Positions 35,566-45,088 of a stretch of DNA of 45,884 nt are shown piece after piece. Under the pieces are notes generated by a model. It was not told the origin of the DNA. It saw only the letters and a program-made list of their open reading frames with translations, and did not search any database. The position numbers and the translations under genes are program-made. The first letter of the stretch is position 1; every line of letters begins with the position of its first letter. Origin of the DNA: Gemmatimonadales bacterium UBA6960 (GTDB taxonomy: Bacteria; Gemmatimonadota; Gemmatimonadetes; Longimicrobiales; Gaopeijiaceae); NCBI GenBank assembly GCA_963580305.1, contig CAUZJY010000001.1:1-45884 (forward strand), written 5' to 3'.

Positions 35566-37236
35566 ATGTGCTCGATCCTCGCCATCCTCGACATCCCCGG
35601 GGACGCAGAAGCGTACCGCGCACGCGCGCTCAAGCTGTCGCGGCTCCAGCGCCATCGCGGACCAGACTGGTCCGGGGTGGACGTCTGCCCGGGCGGGGTG
35701 CTCGTGCACGAGCGGCTCGCGATTGTCGATCCCGCCAGCGGTGCCCAGCCCCTGTACGGACCCGGCGAGCGGACCGTGCTGGCCGTGAACGGCGAGATCT
35801 ACAACCACCGCGAGCTGCGGAAGGAGCTGACGCAGCACTACCCGTTCCGCACCGAGTCGGACTGTGAGATCATCCTCGCGCTCTATCGCAAGATGGGCGT
35901 GGAGCTGCTCCAGAAGCTGAACGGCATCTACGCCTTCGTGCTGCGCGATCTCGACAGAGGGACCTGGATGGTGGTGCGCGACCCCATCGGCGTCGTGCCG
36001 CTCTATCTCGGATGGGATGCGCAGGGAGTGCTCCACGTCGCGTCCGAGATGAAGGCGCTCGTGCCCGTGTGCACCACCGTCCGCGCATTCCCACCGGGGC
36101 ACGTGATGGAGACCGGAGACGCCGAGCCGCGCCCGTATTACGACCGGGCCTGGCGCTCGTACGAGAACGTGATGAACGCGCCGGTTCCCGTCTCCGAGCT
36201 CCGTCCGGCGCTCGAGCGAGCCGTGCACGCACAGCTCATGAGCGACGTACCCTACGGCGTGCTGCTCTCGGGCGGGCTAGATTCTTCGATCATCGCCGCG
36301 ATCGCAGCGCGCTACGCGAGGAAGCGCATCGAAGAGGACGACCAGGCGGAGGCGTGGTGGCCGCGGTTGCACTCCTTCAGCGTCGGGCTCGAGGGCTCCC
36401 CGGACATGGCGTTCGCCGAGCGCGTGGCGGAGCACATCGGCACCGTGCACCACGGCTTCGTCTACACGATCCAGGAGGGGCTGGACGCGGTCGTCGACGT
36501 GATCCACCACCTCGAGACGTACGACGTCACGACCATCCGTGCCGCCACCCCCATGTACCTGATGGCGCGGCGCATCCGCGCCATGGGGGTGAAGATGGTG
36601 CTCTCGGGGGAGGGCGCCGACGAGGTATTCGGCGGCTACCTGTACTTCCACAAGGCGCCCAACGCGAAGGAGTTCCACGAGGAGACGGTACGCAAGCTCG
36701 ACCGGCTCCATCTGTTCGACTGCCTGCGCGCGAACAAGGCGATGGCGGCCTGGGGGGTCGAGGCGCGGGTGCCCTTCCTCGACGTGGACTTCCTGGACGT
36801 GGCGATGGCCATCGATCCGGCGCTCAAGATGCCGCGCAAGGCGGAAGGGCGGATCGAGAAGCAGGTGCTGCGCGACGCGTTCGCCGACATTCTTCCCGAG
36901 ATCGTCACCAAGCGGCAGAAGGAGCAGTTCAGCGACGGGGTGGGATACGGCTGGATCGACGCGCTCAAGGCCAACGCCGCCGTGCACGTTTCGGACGCGG
37001 AGATGCGGCAGGCGGCGGTGCGTTTCCCGCACAACATGCCCGACACCAAGGAAGCCTACTACTACCGCTCGGTCTTTGAGGGCTTCTTCCCGCTCTCGTC
37101 CGCGGCGCGGACTGTCATGGGGGGCAAGTCGATCGCCTGCAGCACTCCCGAGGCGCTCGCCTGGGACGCTGCGTTCGCGAGCGCGGCGGACCCCTCGGGG
37201 CGCGCGGTGGCCGGGGTGCACGTAGAGGCGTACTGA
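35566..37236 (+). CDS. asnB: Asparagine synthase (glutamine-hydrolysing)
   Basis: N-terminal MCSILAIL (catalytic Cys2), RGPDWSG, NGEIYNH, then synthetase domain LLSGGLDSS, SGEGADEVFGGY. Start at ATG 35566, not the track start 35515. Confidence 0.93.
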   Translation: MCSILAILDIPGDAEAYRARALKLSRLQRHRGPDWSGVDVCPGGVLVHERLAIVDPASGAQPLYGPGERTVLAVNGEIYNHRELRKELTQHYPFRTESDCEIILALYRKMGVELLQKLNGIYAFVLRDLDRGTWMVVRDPIGVVPLYLGWDAQGVLHVASEMKALVPVCTTVRAFPPGHVMETGDAEPRPYYDRAWRSYENVMNAPVPVSELRPALERAVHAQLMSDVPYGVLLSGGLDSSIIAAIAARYARKRIEEDDQAEAWWPRLHSFSVGLEGSPDMAFAERVAEHIGTVHHGFVYTIQEGLDAVVDVIHHLETYDVTTIRAATPMYLMARRIRAMGVKMVLSGEGADEVFGGYLYFHKAPNAKEFHEETVRKLDRLHLFDCLRANKAMAAWGVEARVPFLDVDFLDVAMAIDPALKMPRKAEGRIEKQVLRDAFADILPEIVTKRQKEQFSDGVGYGWIDALKANAAVHVSDAEMRQAAVRFPHNMPDTKEAYYYRSVFEGFFPLSSAARTVMGGKSIACSTPEALAWDAAFASAADPSGRAVAGVHVEAY

Positions 37237-37343
37237 GGAGAGACGGAAGGGGCCAGGAGCTCTTCTGCCCGATCTGGAACTGAGACGCGGCGCTACACCG
37301 TAGCCGTACGCGCGCGATCCTCCCCTCGGGGCCGACGATCCAG

Positions 37344-38302
37344 GTGCCGTCGGAACCGACGCTGCCGATTCCCCACCAGGAGCCGCCGTTCACGGTGCGC
37401 CTGCTCGAGCGGCTCCAGCGCCGTGGGCACCGGGTCCTCTTCTTCTGCCGCGACGACTCGGTCGCGGAGCAGGCCCGCGCGCTCGGGGTGCCGGCCGAGG
37501 TCGCGCACCTGGGCGGCCACGCCTCGGTCCACCACGCGGTGGGGTTCGCGCGCCAGCTGCGGCGGCACCGGCCCGACGCGCTCCTGCTCGGCACCTTCAA
37601 GAAGAGCTGGCTCGGGGCCTTGGGCGGCCGGCTCGCAGCGGTCCCGCGCGTGATCGCGCGCATCGGCCTCGAGACCGACCTGCCGAGTCGCGGCCCCTTC
37701 TACCGGATCGCGTTCGCGCGCTGGGTCGACCGCGTGGTGGTGAACGCGCGTGCGCTCCGGGGCGCCGTGCTCGCGAGCCTGCCGCGGCTCGATCCCGAGC
37801 GGGTCGTACTCGTCTGGAACGGCGTGGAGGAGCCCGTCCGACGGCATTCGCCGGGTGCGCTGCGCGCGCAGCTCGGGATTCCGCCGGGGGCGCCGGTCCC
37901 GAGGAGGCGGCGCTGCGCCGCGGCGTGCGCACGCTGGGGATTGCCGAGCGCGTCGTTTTCCTCGGACACCGTGAGTCGGTCGGCGACGTGCTCGATGCGC
38001 TGGACGTCTTCGCCGTCACCTCGCGCACCGAAGGGATGAGCAACGCCATGCTCGAGGCGCTGGCCGCCGGCGTTCCCGTTGTGTCGACACCGGTGAGCAG
38101 CGCGGCCGACGCGCTCGAGCCGCTCGGCGACGGCCGGCGGTCCGGACTGATCGTCGAGCCCGCCGCGGAGACCCTCGTGCGGCTGCTCGCCGATCGGGAC
38201 GCGCACGGGCGGATGGCGGAGGCGGCGCGCGCCCGCGCGCGCGACCGCTTCGCGTGGGAGGACAAGATCGATTGCTGGGAGGCGCTGCTGCTCGGCCGCT
38301 GA
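37344..38302 (+). pseudogene. Decayed GT4 glycosyltransferase (frameshifts plus internal deletion)
   Basis: N-half ..VRLLERLQRRGHRVLFF..VVNARAL..VWNGV.. in one frame. C-half GIAERVVFLGHRESVGDVLDALDVFAVTSRTEGMSNAMLEALAAGVPVV in another. About 40 aa around the usual GRL..KG block are missing near 37880-37920. The extreme N-terminus is also out of frame. Confidence 0.7.
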
Positions 38303-38310
38303 ACAGCCAT

Positions 38311-38343
38311 GGGGCCGGCAGGGAGGAGTTCCCTGCCGGCCCC
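38311..38343. terminator. Perfect 14-bp hairpin between convergent genes (bidirectional terminator candidate)
   Basis: GGGGCCGGCAGGGA (38311-38324), loop GGAGT, TCCCTGCCGGCCCC (38330-38343). A second 7-bp hairpin GTCCGCC-ATGG-GGCGGAC lies at 38365-38382. Confidence 0.6.
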
Positions 38344-38394
38344 ACGGATCGATCACACGGCTCGGTCCGCCATGGGGCGGACCCGAAGACGTGT

Positions 38395-38514
38395 TTACTT
38401 CTTCGCCTTCCTCGCCTTCTTGATCTTGCGGCCCTTCTTGGCCGTCTTCTTCGCCGTCTTCTTCGCCGGCCTCTTCGCCGTCTTGCGCTTTGCAGCTCGC
38501 TTCTTGGTAGCCAC
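38395..38514 (-). CDS. 39-aa lysine-rich, highly basic small protein (histone-H1-like tail composition)
   Basis: Not in the ORF track. GGAGG 6 nt before GTG 38514. Translation MATKKRAAKRKTAKRPAKKTAKKTAKKGRKIKKARKAKK-stop (TAA). The ORFs reported here in other frames and on the other strand look like artefacts of the AAG/CTT repeat. Confidence 0.65.
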   Translation of the reverse strand: MATKKRAAKRKTAKRPAKKTAKKTAKKGRKIKKARKAKK

Positions 38515-38557
38515 GTGAAACCTCCAGATGGTGGTGGTACGGCAAGCGACGTAATCT

Positions 38558-38587
38558 AATTTAGAAAGGGTCCGCCGAGGAATGCAA
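38558..38587 (-). promoter_or_regulatory. Sigma70-like promoter for the small basic protein gene
   Basis: On the minus strand TTGCAT (38587-38582), 18-nt spacer, TAAATT (38563-38558), preceded by an A8 tract (UP-element-like). Very AT-rich for this genome. Confidence 0.5.
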
Positions 38588-38835
38588 TATTTTTTTTCGG
38601 GGGAGATTGACAGACCCCTAGATCTAGTGACACCGCGGAACCCTTCGCCGAATCGTTGAGTCGAAGATCAGCGATCCTTGGGACCGCCGAAACCGAATAC
38701 GGATGTTTCTACCGCGAGGGCGAGTTGGAGGGTTGAAACGGGGGTGTCCCGCGGTATGTTGATCGCCCCTACCCGGGGGGCTCTCCGCCTCCACAGAACC
38801 GTCGTCGCAGGACTTGCAGGAGAAGGGAGAGGTCG

Positions 38836-39562
38836 ATGTTGGATCGTTCGGAGGTCGCCTTTCTCGAGGCGCTGCACCGGCGCGGAGCGCGCCGGCTCCA
38901 CAGGGTCACCTTCCGTAGGAACCGCACCAACATCTGGTCACTCGGCGGGAGCGGCACCGTGCTCAACCTCCACGAGGGCTACCGGCCAGCACCCCCCTCG
39001 ATTCTCGACGCATTCGCACTGATCGTGCGCGAGGCGGAGCGCGACACTCCGGCGTTCCGCGAGGCGGGTGCGGATCTGGCCGGGTCTCGCCCCCGCGCTC
39101 CGCGCCCAGCCGGTCTATCCCGGACCCTGCTGCGCGACGCCTGACCAAAAGCGCTACCTCCCCCGGCTCTACCTCTACCTGAACGACAGCCGGTTCGACG
39201 GCCGCCTGCCGCGCACCCTGCCGGTGCGCCTCAGCAATCGCTTCCGCACACGGCTCGGCCAGATGGTGCCCGGGATCGTCGCCGGACGGCGCGTAGTGCT
39301 CGAGATCGCGCTCAACGTCGACCTGATGCTCCAGGGGAACGGGCGCGAGCGGCTGGACACGCTGGTCCACGAAATGGCTCACGCCGCCGACTGGCTGTTC
39401 AGCGGCGGCGAGGGCCATGGCCCGAGCTGGCGGCTGTGGGCGCGCAGGGCGGGATGCCAGACGGTGGCGTGCACGGCCGCCCCGATCGTGCAGCGAGTGG
39501 ATCGGTCAGTGCGCGTCAGGCGGGTGCCGCCCCTCCCACTGGGAGCGCGTGAGGCGGCGTGA
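38836..39562 (+). CDS. SprT-like zinc metalloprotease, apparently split by a +1 frame change near 39060-39070
   Basis: GGGAGAGG SD before ATG 38836. The upstream ORF (..VTFRRNRTNIWSL..LNLHEGYRPAPPSILDAF..) overlaps a second ORF from 39068 carrying LNDSRFDGRLP, VPVRLSNRFRTRLGQM, DTLVHEMAHAADW (HExxH) and GHGPSWRLWARRAGC. Confidence 0.55.
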
Positions 39563-39565
39563 GCG

Positions 39566-40018
39566 CTAGCTGCCGACGCGGGCGTTGCGCTCGAGCAGCA
39601 GCCGGCGCACCGCCAGCGCGTCGCGCAGCGCCAGCCGGAGGAAATCGGTCTCGATCGGCTTGACCAGATAGGTGCGCGCTCCCAACTCCAGGCACTGGAT
39701 CGCGAGTTCGGGATCGTCGAGCCCGGTCAACATGACGACCGCGAGCTCGCGATCCCGCTCGAGGGCCCAGGAGAGGAACTCCACTCCCTTCATCCTGGGA
39801 AGCTTGATGTCGAGCAGCATCAGCTCGAATCGCTCCGCGCTCAGCCAGTGGTCGGCTTCCTCCGCGGATCCCGCGCTCCGCACCTCGTAGCCGAGCGCCG
39901 CCAAGATTCTCTCCAGCCCGCGCCGTACTCCCAGATCGTCCTCCACGACCAGGACCCGAGCGCTCGGGGGGGCGAGGGTGTCGAGCTCCTTCCAGCCGAG
40001 CGGCCGCGGCTCGGTCAC
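39566..40018 (-). CDS. Stand-alone response-regulator receiver (CheY-like)
   Basis: RVLVVEDD, phospho-acceptor context LMLLDIKLPRMKG, VVMLTG, YLVKP. GTG 40018 overlaps the stop of the preceding small ORF (GTGA). The track start 40063 is also possible. Confidence 0.8.
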   Translation of the reverse strand: MTEPRPLGWKELDTLAPPSARVLVVEDDLGVRRGLERILAALGYEVRSAGSAEEADHWLSAERFELMLLDIKLPRMKGVEFLSWALERDRELAVVMLTGLDDPELAIQCLELGARTYLVKPIETDFLRLALRDALAVRRLLLERNARVGS

Positions 40019-40209
40019 GGCACCACCATCCGATCCTGCCGCTCGACGTCCTCCATGCGCCACAGCTCGAGCAGCATGCGGTTGGTCTCGCGGGTGAGGC
40101 CGAAGGTCGCGGAGGAACGGCGCTCCGCCTCATGCTCGGCGGTGAGCCGCTCCGATCTGCAGTGGGCACGGAACCCCAGATAGAGTCCGCCGCCGCCGCC
40201 GCCGACCAT
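40015..40209 (-). CDS. Hypothetical 64-aa ORF coupled to the receiver gene
   Basis: Only support is position (between tkt and the receiver gene, stop overlapping its GTG) and a helical-looking C-terminus. The upstream in-frame stretch looks like a TM helix but has no ATG, GTG or TTG. Confidence 0.25.
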   Translation of the reverse strand: MVGGGGGGLYLGFRAHCRSERLTAEHEAERRSSATFGLTRETNRMLLELWRMEDVERQDRMVVP

Positions 40210-40383
40210 CGCGCTGGCGAGGAGCCACCAGACCCGGCGCCGCCGGCGCAGGCTGGCCCCGGCGCTCTGCCCGAGCTGGGCGTCGATCTCCTCCGCGCTC
40301 TCCAGCCGCCGGCGCGGCGCGGCACCGGCATCTCCCGGTCTCCGCCGGCCGGGACCACCCGGCCAAGCTGCCGCGAATCCGGC

Positions 40384-42426
40384 TCACGGCTGACCCACGG
40401 TCGCCCGTCGCCGTGCGACCAACTCGCGTGCGACCGCCGCCACCCGCGCGGGGGTGAGCCCGAGCTCGCGGTAGAGCACCTCGTGTGGTGCCGACGCTCC
40501 GAAGCGCTCGAAGCCGACCACGCGTCCTCCCTCGCCCACCCAGCGCTCCCAGCCCAACGGCACACCCGCTTCGACCGCCACGCGCACGGGAACGTCGGGG
40601 GGGAGCACCGCGCGGCGGTAGGCCTCGTCCTGGCAGGCGAACAGGTGCCAGCTCGGAAGGCTCACCACCCGGGTCAAGATCCCCTCCTCCTCGAGCTGGA
40701 GGCGGGCCTCGACCGCGATGTGCACCTCCGAGCCCGTGGCGATCAGGATCGCGTCCGGCGCCTCTCCGGACGCCTCGAAGAGCACATAGCCGCCGCGGTG
40801 CAGCCCATGCGCCGGCGCGGCGCCCTCGGTGCGCAGGTCGGGGACCTTTTGGCGCGTGAGCGCGAGGAAGGATGGTCCCTCCCTGTGCGCGAGCGCCGCC
40901 CGCCACGCCTCCACGGTTTCCGCGGGGTCCGCCGGGCGCAGATCCATCAGGTTCGGGATCGCGCGCAGCGCGGCCAGATGCTCGATCGGCTGGTGCGTGG
41001 GTCCGTCCTCGCCCAGCCCGATGCTGTCGTGCGTGTAGACCAGCACGACGGGCAGCTCCGACAGCGCGGCCAGCCGGATTGCCGGGCGCATGTAGTCGGC
41101 GAATTGCAGGAACGTGCCGCCGTAGGGGCGCACCCCGCCGTGCAGCGCCATCCCGTTCAGGATGCCGCCCATCGCGTGCTCGCGCACCCCGAAGTGGAGC
41201 GTCCGTCCCGCGGGGGTGGCGGGCAGGAAGCTGCCGGCCTTTTCGATGTCGGTCTTGGTCGACGAACCGAGGTCCGCGGAGCCGCCGATCAGCTCGGGAA
41301 TTACCGTGGCGAGCGCCTGGATCGCCTTCCCCGAGGAGTTCCGGGTCGCGTCCGGCTTGCCGCGCAGGTCCGGGAGGTCCGCGTCCCAGCCGTCCGGGAG
41401 GCGTCCCTCCGAGACGCGCTCGAGCTCGGCCGCATCCTCCGGGTGCGCCGCGCGATACGCGTCCATGCGCGCGCGCCACTCTCCCTCGAGCCGCGCGCCG
41501 CGCGGAAGCGCCGTGCGCCAGCTCGCCACCGCGGCGGGATCCAGCCAGAAGGGCTCGAGCGACGGATAGCCGAGCGCCTGCTTGGTGAGCCGGACCTCGT
41601 CCTCCCCCAGCGCCGCGCCGTGGGCGGAATGGTGCCCCGCCTTGTTCGGGCTTCCCCATCCGATCGTGGTGCGCAAGATGACGATGGTGGGGTGCTCGCT
41701 CTGCGCTGCGGCATCCGCCAGCGCGGCGTCCAGCGCGGCGACGTCGTTGCCGTCGTCCACGCGCAGCACCCGCCAGCCGTAGCCCTCGAAGCGCTTCGCG
41801 TGGTCGGTCGAGGTCGCCAGCTCGGTGTCGCCCTCGATCGTGATCCGGTTGTCGTCGAAGATCCAGGTGAGCTTTCCGAGCCGGTGATGTCCCGCCAGCT
41901 CGGCGGCCTCGTGGCTCACTCCCTCCATCAGGTCGCCGTCCGAGCAGAACGCCCAGGTGCGGTGGTCGATGACGGTGTGCCCCGGCCGGTTGAAGTGGTG
42001 CGCGAGCCAGCGTTCGGCCAGCGCCATCCCCACCGAGTTCGCGACTCCTTGGCCCAGCGGGCCAGTGGTGGTTTCGACACCGGGGGTGAGGTGGACTTCG
42101 GGGTGTCCCGGTGTGAGCGAGCCCCACTGCCGGAAGTTGATCAGCTCCTCGAGCGGCAGCTCGTATCCGGTCAGGTGCAGGAGCGAGTAGAGGAGCATGG
42201 AGGCGTGCCCACAGGAGAGTACGAACCGGTCTCGATCCGGCCAGCGCGGGTTCGCCGGGTTGTGCCTCAGGTGCCGCATCCAGAGCGCGTAGCCTGCGGG
42301 CGCGAGCGCCATCGGCGTGCCCGGGTGCCCGGAGTCGGCCCGCTGCACCGCGTCCATCGAGAGCACGCGGATGCCGTCGATCATGAGCCGCTCGAGGCGG
42401 GGCTCGGGGCGCGGGGGGAGCGTCAT
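40384..42426 (-). CDS. tkt: Transketolase
   Basis: [87 protein letters not shown] 42426 overlaps the leuS stop (ATGA). Confidence 0.95.
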   Translation of the reverse strand: MTLPPRPEPRLERLMIDGIRVLSMDAVQRADSGHPGTPMALAPAGYALWMRHLRHNPANPRWPDRDRFVLSCGHASMLLYSLLHLTGYELPLEELINFRQWGSLTPGHPEVHLTPGVETTTGPLGQGVANSVGMALAERWLAHHFNRPGHTVIDHRTWAFCSDGDLMEGVSHEAAELAGHHRLGKLTWIFDDNRITIEGDTELATSTDHAKRFEGYGWRVLRVDDGNDVAALDAALADAAAQSEHPTIVILRTTIGWGSPNKAGHHSAHGAALGEDEVRLTKQALGYPSLEPFWLDPAAVASWRTALPRGARLEGEWRARMDAYRAAHPEDAAELERVSEGRLPDGWDADLPDLRGKPDATRNSSGKAIQALATVIPELIGGSADLGSSTKTDIEKAGSFLPATPAGRTLHFGVREHAMGGILNGMALHGGVRPYGGTFLQFADYMRPAIRLAALSELPVVLVYTHDSIGLGEDGPTHQPIEHLAALRAIPNLMDLRPADPAETVEAWRAALAHREGPSFLALTRQKVPDLRTEGAAPAHGLHRGGYVLFEASGEAPDAILIATGSEVHIAVEARLQLEEEGILTRVVSLPSWHLFACQDEAYRRAVLPPDVPVRVAVEAGVPLGWERWVGEGGRVVGFERFGASAPHEVLYRELGLTPARVAAVARELVARRRATVGQP

Positions 42427-44909
42427 GAGCTCACGACGAAGTTGACGAGCCGCTCCGGGACATACACGACCCGGCGGACCTCCGCGCCGTCCAGGTAGCG
42501 CGCGACGTTCTCGTCGCTGCGCGCCAGCTCCTCGACGGCCTCGCGCGGGGCGCCGCGGTCGGCGGTCACCGTCCCGCGCAGCTTCCCGTTCACCTGCACC
42601 GCGATGGGCACCCAATCCGAGCGCGCCTTGGCCTCGTCCCAGGTCGGCCAGTTCGCGCCCTCGAAGATGCTCTCCGCGTGGCCGAGCTGCTCCCACAGCT
42701 CTTCGGCGACGTGCGGACAGAAGGGCGCGATCATCACGATCAGCGGCTCCACCTCCCCGCGCGCTGCCTTGCGGCCGCCGGCGCGGACTGCGTTCAGGTA
42801 CTCCATCAGCGCGGCGATCGCCGTGTTGTACTGGAGTTCGGCCAGCTGTTCCGTGACCTGCTCGATCGTGCGGTGCAGCTTGCGCTCGACCTCGGGATCG
42901 GTCGCCGCCCCATCCTCGCGGAAGACGACGCTGTTCCAGAGCCGGTGCAGGAACCCGTAGGGGCCCTGGATCCCCTCATCGCGGTAGTCCCCTCCCTCCT
43001 CGAAGGGGCCGATGAACATCAGGTAGAGCCGGAACGTGTCGGCCCCGTTCTCTTCGATGATGGGATCGGGCACGATCACGTTGCCCTTGCTCTTCGACAT
43101 CTTGGCGCCCTCGCGGGTGATCAGCCCGTGGGCGCGGAACTTGGTGAACGGCTCCTCGAAGCTGAGATGCCCCAGATCGTGCAGCACCATGTTCAGGAAG
43201 CGGCTGTACATCAGGTGGAGCACGGCGTGCTCGTTGCCGCCGATGTAAGTGTCTACCGGCAGCCACTTCGCGGTGATCTCGGGATCGAAGGGGCGGTCGT
43301 CGAAGTCAGTGGAGGGATAGCGGAGGAAGTACCAGCTGCTATCCAGGAACGTGTCCGAGACGTCGGTCTCGCGGCGGGCCTCGCCCCCGCAGGACGGGCA
43401 ACTCGTACGATGCCACGACTCGTCGCGCGCGAGCGGGCTCACCCCCGTGTCGTCGGGCTTGAAGTTCTCGACGCGCGGGAGCACGACCGGCAGCTGGTCC
43501 TCCGGCACCGGTACCGCGCCGCACTGCTCGCAGTGCACGATCGGGATGGGCGGCCCCCAATAGCGCTGCCGCGAGATGCACCAGTCGTGCAGCCGGTAGT
43601 TGATGCGCCACTCGGCGAGCCCGTGCATGGCGAGCCAGTCCACGATCCGCCGCTTCCCCTCGAGCACGTGGAGACCGTCGAACTTGCCCGAGTGCACGAG
43701 GGTGCCGGGCCCCTCCCAGGCCTCGGCGAGCGGGGTATCCGGGCCCTCCTCGGGACCCGCGACCACGCGGCGAATCGGCAGACCGAAAGCGAACGCGAAG
43801 TCGAAATCACGCTGGTCGTGGCCGGGGACCGCCATGATCGCGCCCGTGCCGTACTCCAACAGTACGTAATCGGCGATCCAGACCGGAATCGGCTCGTCGG
43901 TCGCGGGATTGATGCAGCACGCGCCGGTGAAGACGCCCGTCTTCTCCTTCGTCTCGATCTTGCGCGCCACCAGGTCCTTGGCCACGGAGCGATCACGGTA
44001 CTCGTCGACCGCCGCGCGGTGCTCGGGCATCGTGAGCTCGTCGACGAGTGGGTGCTCCGGGGCGAGCACCATGTAGGTCGCACCGAAGACGGTGTCCGGG
44101 CGCGTGGTAAAGACACGGATGATGTCCCAGTCCCGGCCCGCCTCCGCGGAGCGCGGGACCCGCTCACCCCCTCGCGGCTGGAGCGGGAAGCGCAGCTCGG
44201 CGCCCTCGCTGCGCCCGATCCAGTTCTGCTGTGCCGTGCGGGTGGTCTCTGACCAGTCCAGCCACTCGAGGTTGTCGAGCAGCCGCTGCGCGAAGTCGGT
44301 GATGCGGAAGAACCACTGCGCGATGCGGCGCTGCTCGACCGGCGTCTCGCAGCGCTCGCACGCGCCCGCGATCACCTGCTCGTTGGCGAGCACGGTCTTG
44401 CACGAGGGGCACCAGTTGACCGGCGCCTCCTTGCGCTCCGCGAGCCCGGCCTTGAAGAGCTGGATGAAGATCCACTGCGTCCAGCGGTAGTACGCAGGAT
44501 CGGTGGTGTCGGCGGCATGCGCCCAGTCGAACATCCCCCCGATGCGCTTCAGCTGGCGCGTGAAGTTCTTGATGTTCGCGGGGATGAGGTCCATGGGATG
44601 GACCCCCTGCTTGAGCGCGAAGTTCTCCGAGTGGATGCCGAAGGCGTCGAAGCCGATCGGCTCGAAGACCTGCTCCCCGCGCAGGCGCCGGAAGCGGCCG
44701 TGTACGTCCGCCCCGGTGAAGGCGTAAATATTCCCGACATGCAGCCCCTCGGCCGAGGGGTAGGGGAACATCATCAGATTGTAGAAGGGCGCTTCGGCCC
44801 GACGCAGCTGCTCCCGGGTGAAGCGGTTCGTGCCACGCTCCTCCCAGCGCTGCTGCCACTTCCGCTCCACGGCGGAGGGGCTGTAGTCCTTGGGGTCTTC
44901 GTTATCCAT
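42423..44909 (-). CDS. leuS: Leucyl-tRNA synthetase
   Basis: 828 aa. [13 protein letters not shown] (HIGH-type), CP1 editing insert, KMSKSKGN (KMSKS), LeuRS-type C-terminal domain. Confidence 0.96.
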   Translation of the reverse strand: MDNEDPKDYSPSAVERKWQQRWEERGTNRFTREQLRRAEAPFYNLMMFPYPSAEGLHVGNIYAFTGADVHGRFRRLRGEQVFEPIGFDAFGIHSENFALKQGVHPMDLIPANIKNFTRQLKRIGGMFDWAHAADTTDPAYYRWTQWIFIQLFKAGLAERKEAPVNWCPSCKTVLANEQVIAGACERCETPVEQRRIAQWFFRITDFAQRLLDNLEWLDWSETTRTAQQNWIGRSEGAELRFPLQPRGGERVPRSAEAGRDWDIIRVFTTRPDTVFGATYMVLAPEHPLVDELTMPEHRAAVDEYRDRSVAKDLVARKIETKEKTGVFTGACCINPATDEPIPVWIADYVLLEYGTGAIMAVPGHDQRDFDFAFAFGLPIRRVVAGPEEGPDTPLAEAWEGPGTLVHSGKFDGLHVLEGKRRIVDWLAMHGLAEWRINYRLHDWCISRQRYWGPPIPIVHCEQCGAVPVPEDQLPVVLPRVENFKPDDTGVSPLARDESWHRTSCPSCGGEARRETDVSDTFLDSSWYFLRYPSTDFDDRPFDPEITAKWLPVDTYIGGNEHAVLHLMYSRFLNMVLHDLGHLSFEEPFTKFRAHGLITREGAKMSKSKGNVIVPDPIIEENGADTFRLYLMFIGPFEEGGDYRDEGIQGPYGFLHRLWNSVVFREDGAATDPEVERKLHRTIEQVTEQLAELQYNTAIAALMEYLNAVRAGGRKAARGEVEPLIVMIAPFCPHVAEELWEQLGHAESIFEGANWPTWDEAKARSDWVPIAVQVNGKLRGTVTADRGAPREAVEELARSDENVARYLDGAEVRRVVYVPERLVNFVVSS

Positions 44910-44920
44910 CAGCTCGCGGG

Positions 44921-44941
44921 GAATCCGGAAGGACCGGATTC
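44921..44941 (-). promoter_or_regulatory. Stem-loop 11 nt upstream of the leuS start codon
   Basis: GAATCCGG-N5-CCGGATTC, a perfect 8-bp stem. No obvious SD between it and the ATG. Function unknown. Confidence 0.25.
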
Positions 44942-45088
44942 AGGCCCGGTGTTTCAGGTGGGCCGGGGGATCGAAGAGCCGAACTCCTTGAGAAGCTGAA
45001 ACGTAAGCATGACCCGAGAGCGGTACAACGGAGCGACGGCGCGGGAATCCTCCCGTCCGCGGGGCCGCTTGTGCCCCGGTTCCCCCGC

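Noticed and set aside
37700-38559. 281-aa acidic ORF (37700-38545, minus strand) and the 69- and 101-aa plus-strand ORFs across the AAG/CTT repeat
   Set aside because: They are frame and strand shadows of the 39-aa Lys-rich gene and of the GT4 pseudogene. They have no SD and an implausible composition (Glu/Gly or Leu/Phe runs).
38607-38612. Consensus TTGACA as a plus-strand promoter for the SprT-like gene
   Set aside because: No acceptable -10 hexamer lies at 16-19 nt spacing (TAGTGA is only 12 nt away). It is kept only as a note.
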